From an uncultured Acidobacteriota bacterium (lineage in GTDB: Bacteria; Acidobacteriota; UBA6911; RPQK01; JAPXNP01), in assembly GCA_963777605.1 (NCBI GenBank), contig CAVZRV010000029.1, forward strand, positions 446,690 through 510,689: a stretch of 64,000 nucleotides of DNA, written 5' to 3'. This document shows, in pieces, positions 1 through 11,577 of this stretch (its first letter is position 1; each line of letters begins with the position of its first letter). The notes under the pieces were generated by a model. That model worked only from the letters and a program-made list of their open reading frames with translations, did not search any database and was not told the origin of the DNA. The position numbers were made by a program, and so were the translations under genes.

Positions 1-1
1 A

Positions 2-379
<378 letters not shown>

Positions 380-400
380 AACGTCATCCTGAGATTTCGA

Positions 401-488
401 ATTGAAACCAAAGGTGCGAAGGTCGCCAAGCGTATTTCTTAGTGCAAAGAAAAGAGAACTTTGCGCCTTGGCGCCTTTGCGGTTCAAT
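401..488. repeat. imperfect intergenic palindrome (REP-like hairpin)
   Basis: attgaaaccaaaggtgcgaaggtcgccaag (401-430) pairs with ctttgcgccttggcgcctttgcggttcaat (459-488). Confidence 0.6.
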
Positions 489-578
489 ACACCCGTGGCA
501 AGAATCACCCTTCGATTGATCCGCGGAGGTTGCGGGGGCGCGGCTTAGTTCGGCTGAACCGGGAGAAGGCGGGAGCAA

Positions 579-1676
579 ATGAAGACGGTAGATGTCAATT
601 TGGGCGAACGAGGATACAAGATCCTGATCTCCGAGGGGCAACTCGAGAAAGCGGGCCAGGCCTTTGCAGATGCGGGAATTTCCGGCCGTGTTTTCATTGT
701 CGCGAATCCCCAGGTGGTCGACCTCTACGGAGTTGCGTTGACCGAGTCTCTCGTCGGGCAGGGCCTTGAGGTGGTGAACCTGATGATCCCCGACGGAGAG
801 CCGAGCAAGAACCTCCACACCGTCGAGAACATATACACCTATCTGATCGCCCAGCGGGCCGATCGGCAGAGCACGTTGATCGCACTCGGTGGCGGCGTTA
901 CCGGAGATGTGGTCGGATTCGTTGCTGCGACATTTCTAAGGGGCATTCGGTACGTGCAGGTGCCGACCACGCTTCTTGCCCAGGTGGACAGTTCAGTCGG
1001 GGGAAAGACCGGCGTCAACCATCGCCTCGGGAAGAACCTGATCGGTGCGTTCTACCAGCCTCACCTGGTCTGCATCGACACCCGGACGCTTGCATCCCTG
1101 CCGCCTCGGGAATTCCGGGCGGGAATCTTTGAAATCATTAAGTACGGGCTGATTTACGATGCGGCCTTTTTCGACTACCTGGAGACGAACCTCGATGCCC
1201 TGATTGCCCGCGAAAGCGGTGTCCTGGAAACCGTCATCGGCCGGTGTTGTGAGATCAAGGCCGAAGTCATCTCGATCGATGAGAAAGAGTCCAACCTGCG
1301 TCGCATCCTGAATTTTGGTCACACCCTGGGGCATGCACTGGAGGCGGCGACCGGCTACGAGCGGTTCAAGCATGGCGAGGCAGTCGCGTACGGAATGATC
1401 GCGGCCGCTTGCCTGTCGGCGCGCCAGGACGGTCTGGACCAGGAATCGCTCAGGCGTATTTGCTCGCTCGTCACGCGAGTCGGGCCTCTTCCCAGTGCCG
1501 CCGACATTGCGTTCGAGCAGCTGGAGGAAGGGATGATGAGGGACAAGAAGCGGCTCGAAGACCAGATCGTGGTTGTCATTCTGGATGGTATCGGGGCGAC
1601 CCGCATCGTCTCCGGTCTTGGCAGTCAGCTCCTGTCCGAGGTCTGGGCATGCGCTCTGGCGGAAGTCGAAGTCTGA
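579..1676 (+). CDS. aroB: 3-dehydroquinate synthase
   Basis: Motifs ALGGGVTGDVVGF, VPTTLLAQVDSSVGGKTGVN and LNFGHTLGHALE. Confidence 0.97.
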   Translation: MKTVDVNLGERGYKILISEGQLEKAGQAFADAGISGRVFIVANPQVVDLYGVALTESLVGQGLEVVNLMIPDGEPSKNLHTVENIYTYLIAQRADRQSTLIALGGGVTGDVVGFVAATFLRGIRYVQVPTTLLAQVDSSVGGKTGVNHRLGKNLIGAFYQPHLVCIDTRTLASLPPREFRAGIFEIIKYGLIYDAAFFDYLETNLDALIARESGVLETVIGRCCEIKAEVISIDEKESNLRRILNFGHTLGHALEAATGYERFKHGEAVAYGMIAAACLSARQDGLDQESLRRICSLVTRVGPLPSAADIAFEQLEEGMMRDKKRLEDQIVVVILDGIGATRIVSGLGSQLLSEVWACALAEVEV

Positions 1677-1682
1677 TCCCGA

Positions 1683-2405
1683 ATGGTAGACAAGGCTTCA
1701 ATCCGGGTCCGCTCGATGTTTGCCTCAGTTGCGCATCGCTACGACCTCCTCAACCACCTGTTGTCGCTGTCGATTGACCGCTATTGGCGTGCATTCACCC
1801 GCCGCAAGCTATTGAGGCGACTGCCACCCGATCCCCTCATCCTCGATCTCTGCACGGGGACGGGAGATGTCGCGCTTGCCTTCACTCCGGGAGCGTCGGT
1901 TGTGGGATGTGACTTCTGCCGGCCGATGCTGACAATCGGTCAGGGCAAAGCCGTGAAGCGTGGAGTGGAAAGCTCGATTCGTTTTGTCGAGGGAGATGCC
2001 CTCTCGCTTCCGTTCCCTTCGGCATCGTTCGACGCAGTGACGATCGCCTTTGGACTGCGCAACCTCGAGAACTACCGGAGTGGCCTGCGGGAAATGGCCC
2101 GGGTCTTGAAGCCGGGCGGGCACCTGGCCGTCCTCGAGTTCTCGGTTCCGAAACTGCCCGTCGTGCGGTCTCTTTATCTCTTTTACTTCACCCGCATCCT
2201 ACCCAAAATAGGGGCAATCGTGTCCGGTCGCGACGGGCCCTACTCGTATCTTCCAGACTCGGTGAGGGAGTTTCCGTCCCGGTCGGCGCTCAACGCGGTG
2301 GTCGAGGAGGAAGGGTTTCGTCAAGCGGTCGATTATCCGCTTTCTTTGGGGATTGCCACGCTTTATCTCGCGGTCCGGCCGGACGGCGACCCGACAGAAA
2401 GGTGA
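1683..2405 (+). CDS. ubiE: ubiquinone/menaquinone biosynthesis C-methyltransferase (UbiE/MenG)
   Basis: Motifs MFASVAHRYDLLNHLLS, LDLCTGTGD, AFGLRN, RVLKPGG and YSYLPDSV. Confidence 0.93.
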   Translation: MVDKASIRVRSMFASVAHRYDLLNHLLSLSIDRYWRAFTRRKLLRRLPPDPLILDLCTGTGDVALAFTPGASVVGCDFCRPMLTIGQGKAVKRGVESSIRFVEGDALSLPFPSASFDAVTIAFGLRNLENYRSGLREMARVLKPGGHLAVLEFSVPKLPVVRSLYLFYFTRILPKIGAIVSGRDGPYSYLPDSVREFPSRSALNAVVEEEGFRQAVDYPLSLGIATLYLAVRPDGDPTER

Positions 2406-2448
2406 GCGGCTTTATGGTGAAGTCTCGCACTAATTGAAAGGACCAACG

Positions 2449-3843
2449 ATGGCCCAGGAATCAGCCGGTCTGCCGATGACGGCGCAGTGGGATCCCGACA
2501 AGATCCAACGCGAACAGGAGTACCTGCAGGACCTGAACCGGAAGCCTCTGTTTCGGAGAATCAAGGGCTACTTCAACCTGACCGGCCCGGCCTGGCTGCA
2601 GAGCGCCATGACGCTTGGAGCCGGCAGCGCCGCGGCCTCGGTGATCGCAGGAGCCTCTTTCGGTTACCAGTTACTCTGGGTTCAGCCGCTGGCGATGTTG
2701 CTCGGAGCGGCCATGATGGCGGCCCTCGGAAACGTCACTCTGACCCGGGGCGAGCGCCCCTACCGCTCCTTTTCCCGGGAACTGGGTGGCTGGGTCGCTT
2801 TCCTTTGGGCGCTGGGAGCGATCGTCGCGTCGGTGATATGGCACTTCCCGCAGTACGGACTGGTCGGCGCGGCGGTCGGAGACCTGGGTGACCTGGCCGG
2901 CGCGGCGGGGGAGGCCTCCCTCGGGTCCTACGCGCTCAAGTTCGGGGCCGGCGCGCTGGTCCTGGCTGTGAGCATATTTGTGACCTGGAACTACGGTTCC
3001 AACTCCCGAGGGATTCGGCTGTACGAGAGCTTTCTGCGCTGGATGATCCGCCTGGTGATCGTGGCCTTCACGGTCGTCGTAATCCAGACTGGAATTCACT
3101 GGGAACTCTTTTTTCGCGGCCTGTTTACGTTCCAGGTCCCGAACGTGGACGGCGTCTGGATCGTCATTCTGGGAGCGTTCGGTGCCGCGGTCGGGATCAA
3201 CATGACTTTTCTCTACCCCTATTCTCTGCTTGCCAAGGGGTGGGGAAAAGCGCACAAGGGACTGGCCCGCTACGACCTGTTCGCATCGATGTTCCTGCCC
3301 TATTTCATCATCACCTCGCTGGTTATGATTGCCATGGCCGAGAAGATCTGGGATCCGTCACTGGGAGTTGTACGGTCCGACCTGAGACCTGTGGAAGCCG
3401 CCGCCGCCCTGGGGTCCGTTCTTGGTTCCACTGCCGGTCGGATTGTCTTTGACCTCGGGTTGATCGGCATGGCCTGCGGAGCGATCAGCACGCAGATGGT
3501 CGTCTGCGGGTTCACGTTCTGTGAGATGTTGGGACTGGAGTACACGGTCCGGCGCTACCGGATGTTCACACTGGCGCCCGCGATCGGGATCCTGGGAGTG
3601 GCCTTCCGCTACCCGCTATGGATGCCGATTGCGGCTTCGGCGATCTGCCTGACCCTGTTGCCGCTCGCCTACATCTCGTTCTTTTTGATGAACAACAGGC
3701 GTTCTTATCTCGGTGCTGCCGTCGGCGCCGGGTGGAGCCGGTGGGTGTTCAACCTGGTTCTTTTGATCGCAATCCTGGCCGCGGTTCTCGGCAGCGGCGT
3801 TCTGATCAAGACTCGGGTAATTGACTTTCTGTTTGCCGGGTGA
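2449..3843 (+). CDS. NRAMP/APC-fold divalent cation transporter-like membrane protein
   Basis: About 11 TM segments; motifs GPAWLQSAMTLGAGS, GYQLLWVQP and GAAVGINMTFLYPY. Confidence 0.7.
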   Translation: MAQESAGLPMTAQWDPDKIQREQEYLQDLNRKPLFRRIKGYFNLTGPAWLQSAMTLGAGSAAASVIAGASFGYQLLWVQPLAMLLGAAMMAALGNVTLTRGERPYRSFSRELGGWVAFLWALGAIVASVIWHFPQYGLVGAAVGDLGDLAGAAGEASLGSYALKFGAGALVLAVSIFVTWNYGSNSRGIRLYESFLRWMIRLVIVAFTVVVIQTGIHWELFFRGLFTFQVPNVDGVWIVILGAFGAAVGINMTFLYPYSLLAKGWGKAHKGLARYDLFASMFLPYFIITSLVMIAMAEKIWDPSLGVVRSDLRPVEAAAALGSVLGSTAGRIVFDLGLIGMACGAISTQMVVCGFTFCEMLGLEYTVRRYRMFTLAPAIGILGVAFRYPLWMPIAASAICLTLLPLAYISFFLMNNRRSYLGAAVGAGWSRWVFNLVLLIAILAAVLGSGVLIKTRVIDFLFAG

Positions 3844-4060
3844 CGAAGTGCCCGATTGTCTCCATTGGGCAATCAGACCTGAGTGGAAATCCTGGAATTG
3901 GTGAAATGTGCCTGGTTGATTTTGGCTGGACAGACTATTTCTCGGAAGATCAGCCGGAAGTGGAACCCCTGAACCGGTCGGACAGCAATCAACCGTCCTG
4001 ATATTCTTTGGGGGGCCGGGTCGATCGGGATGATGCGGCTATTCGGAAAGGAGTTGAACC

Positions 4061-5044
4061 GTGCAGTACCGCAAGCTGGGGCGAACAGGATGGGAGATTT
4101 CGGAAATCGGGTTTGGTGCCTGGGCAATTGGAGGTGACTGGGGCGATGTGTCGGAAACGGACGCATTCAGCGCTCTCCATGCAGCCGCTGATGCAGGAGT
4201 CAACTTCATCGATACTGCGGACGTCTATGGAGACGGCCGGAGTGAACGGATCGTGGGTCGATTTGTGGCGGAACGGTCTGAGCGAATCTACGTTGCGACG
4301 AAAGCCGGTCGCAGACTGAACCCTCACAACGCTGCAGGCTACAACCAGCAAAACCTCAACTGCTTCGTCGAGCGGAGCCTGAAAAACCTCAACGTCGATT
4401 GCCTGGATCTGCTGCAACTCCATTGCCCACCTACCGAGGTCTACTATGACCCCGGTGTCTTCGATGTTCTGGACGACATGGTCGAGCGCGGCCTGATCTC
4501 AAACTATGGCGTCAGCGTCGAAAAGGTCGAGGAAGCGATCAAGGCGATGGAGTTTCCCGGGGTCCAGAGCATTCAGATCATTTTCAACCTCTTCAGACAG
4601 AGACCGGCGGAATTGTTCTTTCCCCTGGCGGTCCAGAAGCAGGTCGGAATCCTGGCGCGGGTGCCGCTTGCGAGCGGTCTCCTGAGCGGGAAGATGACCC
4701 GGGACAGGGTTTTCCCCGCCAATGACCACCGGAACTACAACCGGAGCGGGGAGGCGTTCGACGTCGGTGAGACCTTTTCCGGAGTCGATTTCGGCAAGGG
4801 CCTGGAGGCGGTCGAGCGGATCAGACCTCTCGTGCCTGAAGGGGCGTCAATGGCACAGTTCGCTCTTCGGTGGATCCTGATGTTCGACGCGGTCACGACA
4901 GCCATCCCCAGCAGCAAGAACTCGAAACAGGCCTTGGATAACGCAGCGGCCGCCAGTCTCGGAGTTCTCGACCCTGGGACCATAGACGAACTGTGGAAAA
5001 TCTACCTCGAGTTTATCGCTCCTGACGTTCACCAGCGCTGGTGA
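4061..5044 (+). CDS. aldo/keto reductase
   Basis: Motifs IGFGAWAIGG, DTADVYGDGRSE, DLLQLH and RVPLASGLL. Confidence 0.93.
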   Translation: MQYRKLGRTGWEISEIGFGAWAIGGDWGDVSETDAFSALHAAADAGVNFIDTADVYGDGRSERIVGRFVAERSERIYVATKAGRRLNPHNAAGYNQQNLNCFVERSLKNLNVDCLDLLQLHCPPTEVYYDPGVFDVLDDMVERGLISNYGVSVEKVEEAIKAMEFPGVQSIQIIFNLFRQRPAELFFPLAVQKQVGILARVPLASGLLSGKMTRDRVFPANDHRNYNRSGEAFDVGETFSGVDFGKGLEAVERIRPLVPEGASMAQFALRWILMFDAVTTAIPSSKNSKQALDNAAAASLGVLDPGTIDELWKIYLEFIAPDVHQRW

Positions 5045-5114
5045 GGACAAGCCCGGGTTGAGCGGATGCGACGGGAGCCTGACTCTTGGACTAGTCGGGC
5101 CGGTCCGAGAGACC

Positions 5115-7090
5115 TCAAGGCTTGTGCCCGTAAGCTGCCAGCAGCAACTGCCTCACCATTTCGACATCCTCCATTGCGGACGGATCGGCGAGAGCTTCGA
5201 GATTGTTCATCGTACCCCCCGCCAGGACTGCCTTGACTCCCGGTTCGACGAGTTTTCCGCTCCTGGTAACCGGCAGGGCTCGGACTGCGAAGATCTCTTT
5301 GGGGACGTGGCGTGGAGAGGCCTTGGCACGCACCGTTGCACGAATGCGATTTGCCAGTTGGGGATCAACACGCCCCATTTCATCCGGGGGGTCCAAGCAG
5401 GTCACGAGAAGGATGATCCACTCGTCCGAACTGCCGGGAGGCCGCCATCCCACAGCCATCGCACCCGACAATTCCGGAACACTGTCCAGCGCAGAATAGA
5501 TTTCGGCGGCTCCGATGCGGACCCCTCCGGGATTGAGAGTGGCGTCGCTTCGTCCGAGAATGACGACTCCGCCGGTATTTGATCGGAGTTCGATGAAGTC
5601 TCCGTGGGCCCAGACCCCGGGGAACTTTCCGAAGTAGGCTTCGCGGAGCTTGAGATTGCCGGGATCGTTCAGGAACCCGAGAGGCATCGACGGAAGCGGT
5701 TTCCGGCAAATGAGTTCGCCCGGGCAATTGGTCAACTCGAGCCCGCTCTCATCGAATGCCGCGATGTCCACTCCGAGGCCTGCGCACTGAATCTCGCCGG
5801 CATGCACCGGGAGGTTGGGGTTTCCAAGCACAAAGCAGGAGACAATGTCGGTCCCGCCGCTGATTCCGGCAAGGTGCAAATCAGTTCCGATCGACTGATA
5901 AACCCAGCGGTATCCCTCTGGAGATAGGGGAGAGCCGGTGTAGAGGACGGCCTGTAGTTCCGGCGCGGGCGGGTCAAGCAGGAAACCCTGCTTCATGCAG
6001 GACTCGATATAACGACCGCTGGTTCCAAGGTGGGTGATCCCGAGATCCCGGGCCCGCTCCCAGAGCGTTCCCACGGTCGGGAACCCGGGATTCCCGTCGT
6101 AAAGATAGACGGTGGATCCCAGCGCCAGCGCCGAAAGCTGCCAGTTCCACATCATCCAGCCGCAGGTCGTAAAGAAGAGCAGCCTCGATCGGTCCGAGAT
6201 GTTGCAGTGCAGGGACAACTCCTTCAGGTGCTGCAGAAGGGTGCCGCCGGCACCGTGAATCATGCACTTTGGCGGTCCGGTAGTCCCCGATGAGAAGAGA
6301 ATGTAGAGCGGGAGGTTGAATGAACGCTCGTTCGGATTGGATCTCTTCGTCCATCCCCAATTTCAGGAAATCATTCCAGTCCAGGTCGCAATGCGGCGCG
6401 TTGTCATCTCCAATTCCGATCAAAGCGCGGATGGACGGCACGCACGCCCTGATTCCCTCCAGCACCGGACCGGTCGAGAATCGTTTTCCGCCGTACGTGT
6501 AGTTCAGGCTTGCCAGGACAACCTTTGGTTCAACCTGGTTCAGCCGGTCGGCCAGTGCGCCGAGTCCGAAGTCGGGTGACGCGCTGCTCCAGACTGCCCC
6601 GAGAGACGCCGTTGCCAGGCATCCGATCACCGCTTCCGGGACATTGGAAACGTAACCCGAGACCCGGTCTCCCGGGCCAACTCCCAGCCGTCGAAGGCCT
6701 CCGGCAGCTCGTCTGACCTGCTCCTTCAGATCGGCCCAGTCCAGGGAGCGGATGACGTCGAGATCTTCGTTGAGGCCGACGACGGCGGGACCTGATGAAC
6801 CGCCCCCGAGTAGTACCTCGGCAAAGTTGACTCGCAATTGAGGAAACCATCGGGTCAGCGGCATCGGATCGTTCGTCAGAGCCGGCCGAGGCTCTCCAGA
6901 CCAGGGCACACCGCTGAAATCCAGGAAGCATCGCCAAAACTGATCGACGTGCGTAATACTCCAGTTGTGAAGTTCTCGATAGGTGACGAAACTCCAAGCC
7001 GGTCCGCTCCTGGAGCCATTTTGAGAAGCGGGTCATGTTGCTCGATTCAATCCGCTCCCGAGTCGGCACCCACAATTGTTCGCACACCAA
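5115..7090 (-). CDS. acetoacetate--CoA ligase, split by about 2 frameshifts (ORFs 6530-7090, 5974-6909, 5115-6263)
   Basis: N-terminus LWVPTRERIESSNMTRF; motifs WSSASPDFG, FFTTCGWMMWNW, SGGTDIVSCF and GRSDATLNPGGVRIG. Confidence 0.9.
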
Positions 7091-7103
7091 AGACCTCCCA
7101 GTT

Positions 7104-8117
7104 TCAGTTCCACCGGAACCACTTGAGCGCCAGGAGGAAGCTCAAGCCGCCCCAGATGGCAAGGACCAGCAGTGGTACCAGTTGCCCCGTCCAGGCCTGG
7201 CCCTCCAGGATGACGGCCCGGAGAGCGTTGATCAATTGGGTCAGGGGAAGGGCCTGGATGAATGGCTGCATCACCGCGGGGAAGCGCTCGGAGGAGAAGA
7301 AGATGCCCGAGCAGAGCCACATCGGCAGCATGATCACGTTCATGATGCCCGAGACCGTCTCGATGCGCTGAGCCCGGGAAGCCGCCAGGAGTCCCAGGCC
7401 GGCGAAGGACATGGCTCCCACGAATGCAACCAACACGATGCTGACGATTCCGCCGGCGATCGGAACCCCGAAGATCCAGTGGGCCGCCAAAAGGAGAACG
7501 AACGCCTCCGGGATGAAGAAGGTGATCCGGGTGCCGACCGCCGCAAGCAGGAAATGGGATCGGGGCATCGGCGTAGCCAGCATACGTTTCAGAAGTTTCT
7601 TGATGCGCATGTCAACAAGGACGAATCCTACGCCCCAGAGTCCCCCGCCCATGAGGTTCATTCCGATCAGGCCTGGTACGAGGAAATCGACGTACCGCGA
7701 CCCCGGGGCGATGACGGTCCGGTCCTCCACCGCAAGCGGGTCGGCACGTCCGGCAGCCGACTGGAGCAGATTGTCGAGCGTGTCCCGGGCGACCCTGGAA
7801 TCGGGATTGGAGGGATCGTAGTGATATTGGTAGACGCCTGCCGAATTGACCGTCAACAGGACCTGGGTCTGATTGAGTCGGAGTCTCTGGAGACCGTCCT
7901 CGAGAGTGGATTCCCGCAATCGTACGTCGGTTGATTTCTGGAGGGCCGCCTCGATCTTCGGCAGGTCGGGACCCGGTACAACGTCCACCATAAGTTCCTT
8001 CTTGCCCGAAGAATCAAACGCGATTCCGAGCCCGATGACCATCAGGAGTGGAAACCCGTAGGTCCAGAAAATCGCTTCGGGTTCCCGCAGGAAACTCTTG
8101 ATGCTGGCGGCCATCAA
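7104..8117 (-). CDS. ABC-2 type exporter permease
   Basis: Motifs FLREPEAIFWTYGFP, YVDFLVPGLIGM and SGIFF...FP; adjacent to an ATPase gene. Confidence 0.9.
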   Translation of the reverse strand: MMAASIKSFLREPEAIFWTYGFPLLMVIGLGIAFDSSGKKELMVDVVPGPDLPKIEAALQKSTDVRLRESTLEDGLQRLRLNQTQVLLTVNSAGVYQYHYDPSNPDSRVARDTLDNLLQSAAGRADPLAVEDRTVIAPGSRYVDFLVPGLIGMNLMGGGLWGVGFVLVDMRIKKLLKRMLATPMPRSHFLLAAVGTRITFFIPEAFVLLLAAHWIFGVPIAGGIVSIVLVAFVGAMSFAGLGLLAASRAQRIETVSGIMNVIMLPMWLCSGIFFSSERFPAVMQPFIQALPLTQLINALRAVILEGQAWTGQLVPLLVLAIWGGLSFLLALKWFRWN

Positions 8118-8137
8118 TTGGGCAAGCGCAAACCGTC

Positions 8138-9085
8138 TTAAACATCGCGAAGGTGCCTCCCTGTCAGGGTGACGAATATGTCCTCGAGGTTGACGTGACG
8201 CGTTGTCAGCCGGTTCAGTTTCAGGTGGCGCTTTTCGAGCAAGTGAAGGAGCGAGGGAATTCCGATGTGGGCCTCGGATACGGCCAGCAGGAAGCCCTCC
8301 GACTCCCGGACACAGCGGGTTGCTCCCTCAACCTCGAGAAAGTCGTCCGCGACAATCGACTCCATTCCGTCGGGATCGAGGCTGAAATCGACGACGTGCT
8401 CTCCCCCGAGCCTGGAAATCAGTTCGGCAGGTGAACCGATGGCAATGATCCGACCCCGGTCGATAATGGCGACCCGGTCGCAGAGTTTCTCGGCTTCATC
8501 CATGTAGTGGGTTGTCAGGACGATGCTGCGCCCCCGGTCCTTGAGGTCGGAGACGATCTTCCACAAGCTGCGGCGGGCCTGCGGGTCGAGACCGGTCGTC
8601 GGTTCGTCCAGGAAAAGCAGATCGGGGTCTCCCACCAGTGCCGAAGCGACCGCCAGGCGTTGTCTTTGGCCGCCCGACAGGTCACGGGTCCAGGCATCAG
8701 CCTTCTCCTGGAGTGACACCAGTTCCAGGGCTTCTCGGGGCGAGATCCCGTCGCGGTAGAAACTTCGAAAAAGAGTGAGGATTTCCAGGCAGCTCAACTT
8801 CTCCTGGAAGCGGCTCTCCTGGAGTGTGATGCCGATCCGCTGTCGGATTTCCCGGTCATGACCGGTTCTCCAGTGCCGGCCGAGTATTTCCACCGAACCC
8901 GCTGTCGGCTCCAGCAGTCCCTCGAGAATCTCAACCGTTGTGGTTTTCCCGGCCCCGTTGGGACCGAGCAGTCCGAAGCACTCGCCGGTCAAAACCTCGA
9001 GGTCGAGGCCGTTGACCGCCTCGACAGCCTTCTTCCCGGAGTTATAGGTCTTCTTCAGCCGGTCACAACGAATCGCCTTGTCCAT
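8138..9085 (-). CDS. ABC exporter ATP-binding protein
   Basis: Walker A GPNGAGKTT, signature LSGGQRQR, Walker B LFLDEPTTGLD; start placed at MDKAIRC. Confidence 0.95.
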   Translation of the reverse strand: MDKAIRCDRLKKTYNSGKKAVEAVNGLDLEVLTGECFGLLGPNGAGKTTTVEILEGLLEPTAGSVEILGRHWRTGHDREIRQRIGITLQESRFQEKLSCLEILTLFRSFYRDGISPREALELVSLQEKADAWTRDLSGGQRQRLAVASALVGDPDLLFLDEPTTGLDPQARRSLWKIVSDLKDRGRSIVLTTHYMDEAEKLCDRVAIIDRGRIIAIGSPAELISRLGGEHVVDFSLDPDGMESIVADDFLEVEGATRCVRESEGFLLAVSEAHIGIPSLLHLLEKRHLKLNRLTTRHVNLEDIFVTLTGRHLRDV

Positions 9086-9286
9086 TGTTTGTAGGAAGCC
9101 TCGTTCGTGTTGATCTGCCGGGGAGGCAAGGAATCTCACGATACCATATCCGGACGAACCCGCTGCGGGGGTCACCGGCGGTGCTTGCCTCTGCTTCTGT
9201 CCTTGTCGGTTCAGACGCTCTGGACAGTCCGCGTCGATGGTGGAATGATCGAACCCAGCCGTTACTAAAAGGGAGTCGAATTCCAG

Positions 9287-10480
9287 ATGAAATCTGCCGT
9301 TGCCGGAAGGGCTTGCCTCTCGTGCCTGCTGATTGCAGTCTGTTTGCCGGTCCAGGCGGAGTCGGGTCGGTACGAGATCCGAACCCTGGACGATCAAGTC
9401 CCTGGTGGCTACCAGGTCGCAGTCGCGGACGTCGATGGCGACGGGCAAAGCGATGTTCTGACTCTGGGGACCGTTCTCCAATGGCTCCACAGCCCGGACT
9501 GGGAGGTGTTCAGCATCGATGCCGACACCAAGGCCGGGAACATCGACCTGGCGCCCCAGGACGTTAATCGAGACGGGTCAACCGATCTGGCGGTGGCCTC
9601 GGAGTTCTCCATGGAGAACAACGGGAGGGGCGGCCGCATCCAGTGGTTCGAAAGAACGCGCAAGTGGGTGCCTGGCTGGGTTCCTCACGTTATCGACCGG
9701 GAGCCGACCGCTCACCGGCTCCGGTGGGCCGACCTGGATGGTACCGGACGCAAAGTTCTCGTGGTCGCCCCGATCATGGGGCCCGGGACCTCTGGACCGA
9801 CCTATTCCCAGTCCGGTGCGAGGCTCGTGTTCTACCGGGTCCCCGATAAGCCTGCAACCGAAGCCTGGCCGAAGCAGTTGATCGACGACAGCCTGCCGGT
9901 GCTGCACGGTCTTCTCGTTTACGACTGGGATTCGGACGGCCGTGACGAGTTGCTGACGGCAAGCCGGAAAGGTATCTATCTCTTTCGCTTCGAGGGGGCT
10001 GGTGATGGACTGAGCTGGTCGAAGACACAACTTTGTTCCGGCAACCAGGACGGTTCTCCGGCGCAGGGTTCGAGCGAGGTGACGGTCGGGTACACCGCTA
10101 ACGGCAGTCGTTTCATCGCGACAATAGAACCCTGGCATGGCTCCCAGGTTGTTTTGTACACCGAGCCGACTTCGGGGGAATTGTGGGAACGGACAGTCCT
10201 CGACGACAGTCTGGTTGAAGGACATGCCATCCTGGCTGTGGACCTGGATGGAGACGGTTCGGATGAGATCTATGCCGGATTCAGGGGTGGGCGGGGCGGT
10301 ATCGTCCGGTTCGCAGTCCGGGGGCCTGGTGCGATGAACTGGGATCGAATGATGGTCGACGATGGGGGAATCGCGTGCCAGGGCCTCAACGTGCTGCGGC
10401 TTCCCGATGGCCGGCCCGGCCTTCTCGGGATCGGGGGAGGAAGCCACAACCTTCGGCTCTACACCGTCTCCAGCGACTGA
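9287..10480 (+). CDS. secreted FG-GAP/VCBS beta-propeller protein (aldos-2-ulose dehydratase propeller-like)
   Basis: Signal peptide; repeated DxDGDGxxD motifs; HRLRWADLDG and IEPWHG. Confidence 0.75.
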   Translation: MKSAVAGRACLSCLLIAVCLPVQAESGRYEIRTLDDQVPGGYQVAVADVDGDGQSDVLTLGTVLQWLHSPDWEVFSIDADTKAGNIDLAPQDVNRDGSTDLAVASEFSMENNGRGGRIQWFERTRKWVPGWVPHVIDREPTAHRLRWADLDGTGRKVLVVAPIMGPGTSGPTYSQSGARLVFYRVPDKPATEAWPKQLIDDSLPVLHGLLVYDWDSDGRDELLTASRKGIYLFRFEGAGDGLSWSKTQLCSGNQDGSPAQGSSEVTVGYTANGSRFIATIEPWHGSQVVLYTEPTSGELWERTVLDDSLVEGHAILAVDLDGDGSDEIYAGFRGGRGGIVRFAVRGPGAMNWDRMMVDDGGIACQGLNVLRLPDGRPGLLGIGGGSHNLRLYTVSSD

Positions 10481-10626
10481 GGGCCGCCTGCCAATGCTCA
10501 GGATGGTGGGCCGATCGAGTGGGTCACCCTTCCACCATTGACCCTGGAACACCTTTCCGTTCGGGCGCTTTTGTTCTGTGGGGAGGAAGGATTAGACTGA
10601 GGACCGGTCATTAGAGGGAGGACTGG

Positions 10627-11481
10627 ATGATGAACTGGAACGTTGCGGCGATGACTCGAAGAGGGTTTCTGATCAACACCGCCGGCCTGGCGGTGGCTGC
10701 CGGAGCGGCAGTTCGATTGCGGGCCGCGGGCTCAAAGATCCCGGTCGGTGTGCAGTTGTACTGTGTCCGGCGCGAGCTTGCCGAGGATTTCGACGGGACG
10801 TTGAAAGCGGTCGCCGAACTCGGCTTCAAGGGTGTTGAGTTCGCGGACTACTTCGGGAGGACGGCGGCTCAACTGCGCAAGTCGCTCGACGCGAACGGCC
10901 TGAGATGCTGCGGTACGCACATTTACCTGGGGGACATGCTCGGGGAGAAACTCCCGGAAACCATCGAGTTCAACCAGACCCTCGGCAATCGCTACCTGAT
11001 CATCCGCTGGCTGGATGAACAATGCCGCTCCAGCCCGCAGGCCTTCGAAGAGACGGTCAAACGGATCGGGGAGATCTCCGAGCGACTCAAACCGCACGGG
11101 ATGAAGGTCGGATACCACAACCACGACTACATTTTCGACAAGCACAACGGGAAGATGCTCTGGAATATCCTCGCCGATGGAACCCCGAAGGAGGTGACCC
11201 TGCAGTTGGACACCGGCAATGCCTCCATGCACGAGGGTGTTGACGTGGTCGAATTGCTTGAGCGGAATCCCGGGCGGACCGCGACGATCCACATTAAGCC
11301 CTTCTCGAGTTCGAATCCCGATGCCTACCTCGGCAGCGACGAGCTGAACTGGCCTCGAATCATCGAGTTGTGCGAAACGACGGCGGGGACCGAGTGGTAC
11401 ATCATCGAGTACGAAGTCGAAGGTATCCCCCCGCTCAATGCCCTCGGTGACAATTACGATCGTTTCAAGAAGCTGACCTGA
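10627..11481 (+). CDS. Tat-exported sugar phosphate isomerase/epimerase (xylose-isomerase-like TIM barrel)
   Basis: Tat motif TRRGFL; motifs GVQLYCVR, YHNHDY, QLDTGN and IIEYE. Confidence 0.88.
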   Translation: MMNWNVAAMTRRGFLINTAGLAVAAGAAVRLRAAGSKIPVGVQLYCVRRELAEDFDGTLKAVAELGFKGVEFADYFGRTAAQLRKSLDANGLRCCGTHIYLGDMLGEKLPETIEFNQTLGNRYLIIRWLDEQCRSSPQAFEETVKRIGEISERLKPHGMKVGYHNHDYIFDKHNGKMLWNILADGTPKEVTLQLDTGNASMHEGVDVVELLERNPGRTATIHIKPFSSSNPDAYLGSDELNWPRIIELCETTAGTEWYIIEYEVEGIPPLNALGDNYDRFKKLT

Positions 11482-11577
11482 AATTGGGAAGAAGATTCCA
11501 TGACAGTTGGGGACACTTCCTCTACCCTGTGTGACAGGGGTTCCGCGGCAATAATGCCGGAGCCGATTGGAGGAATT

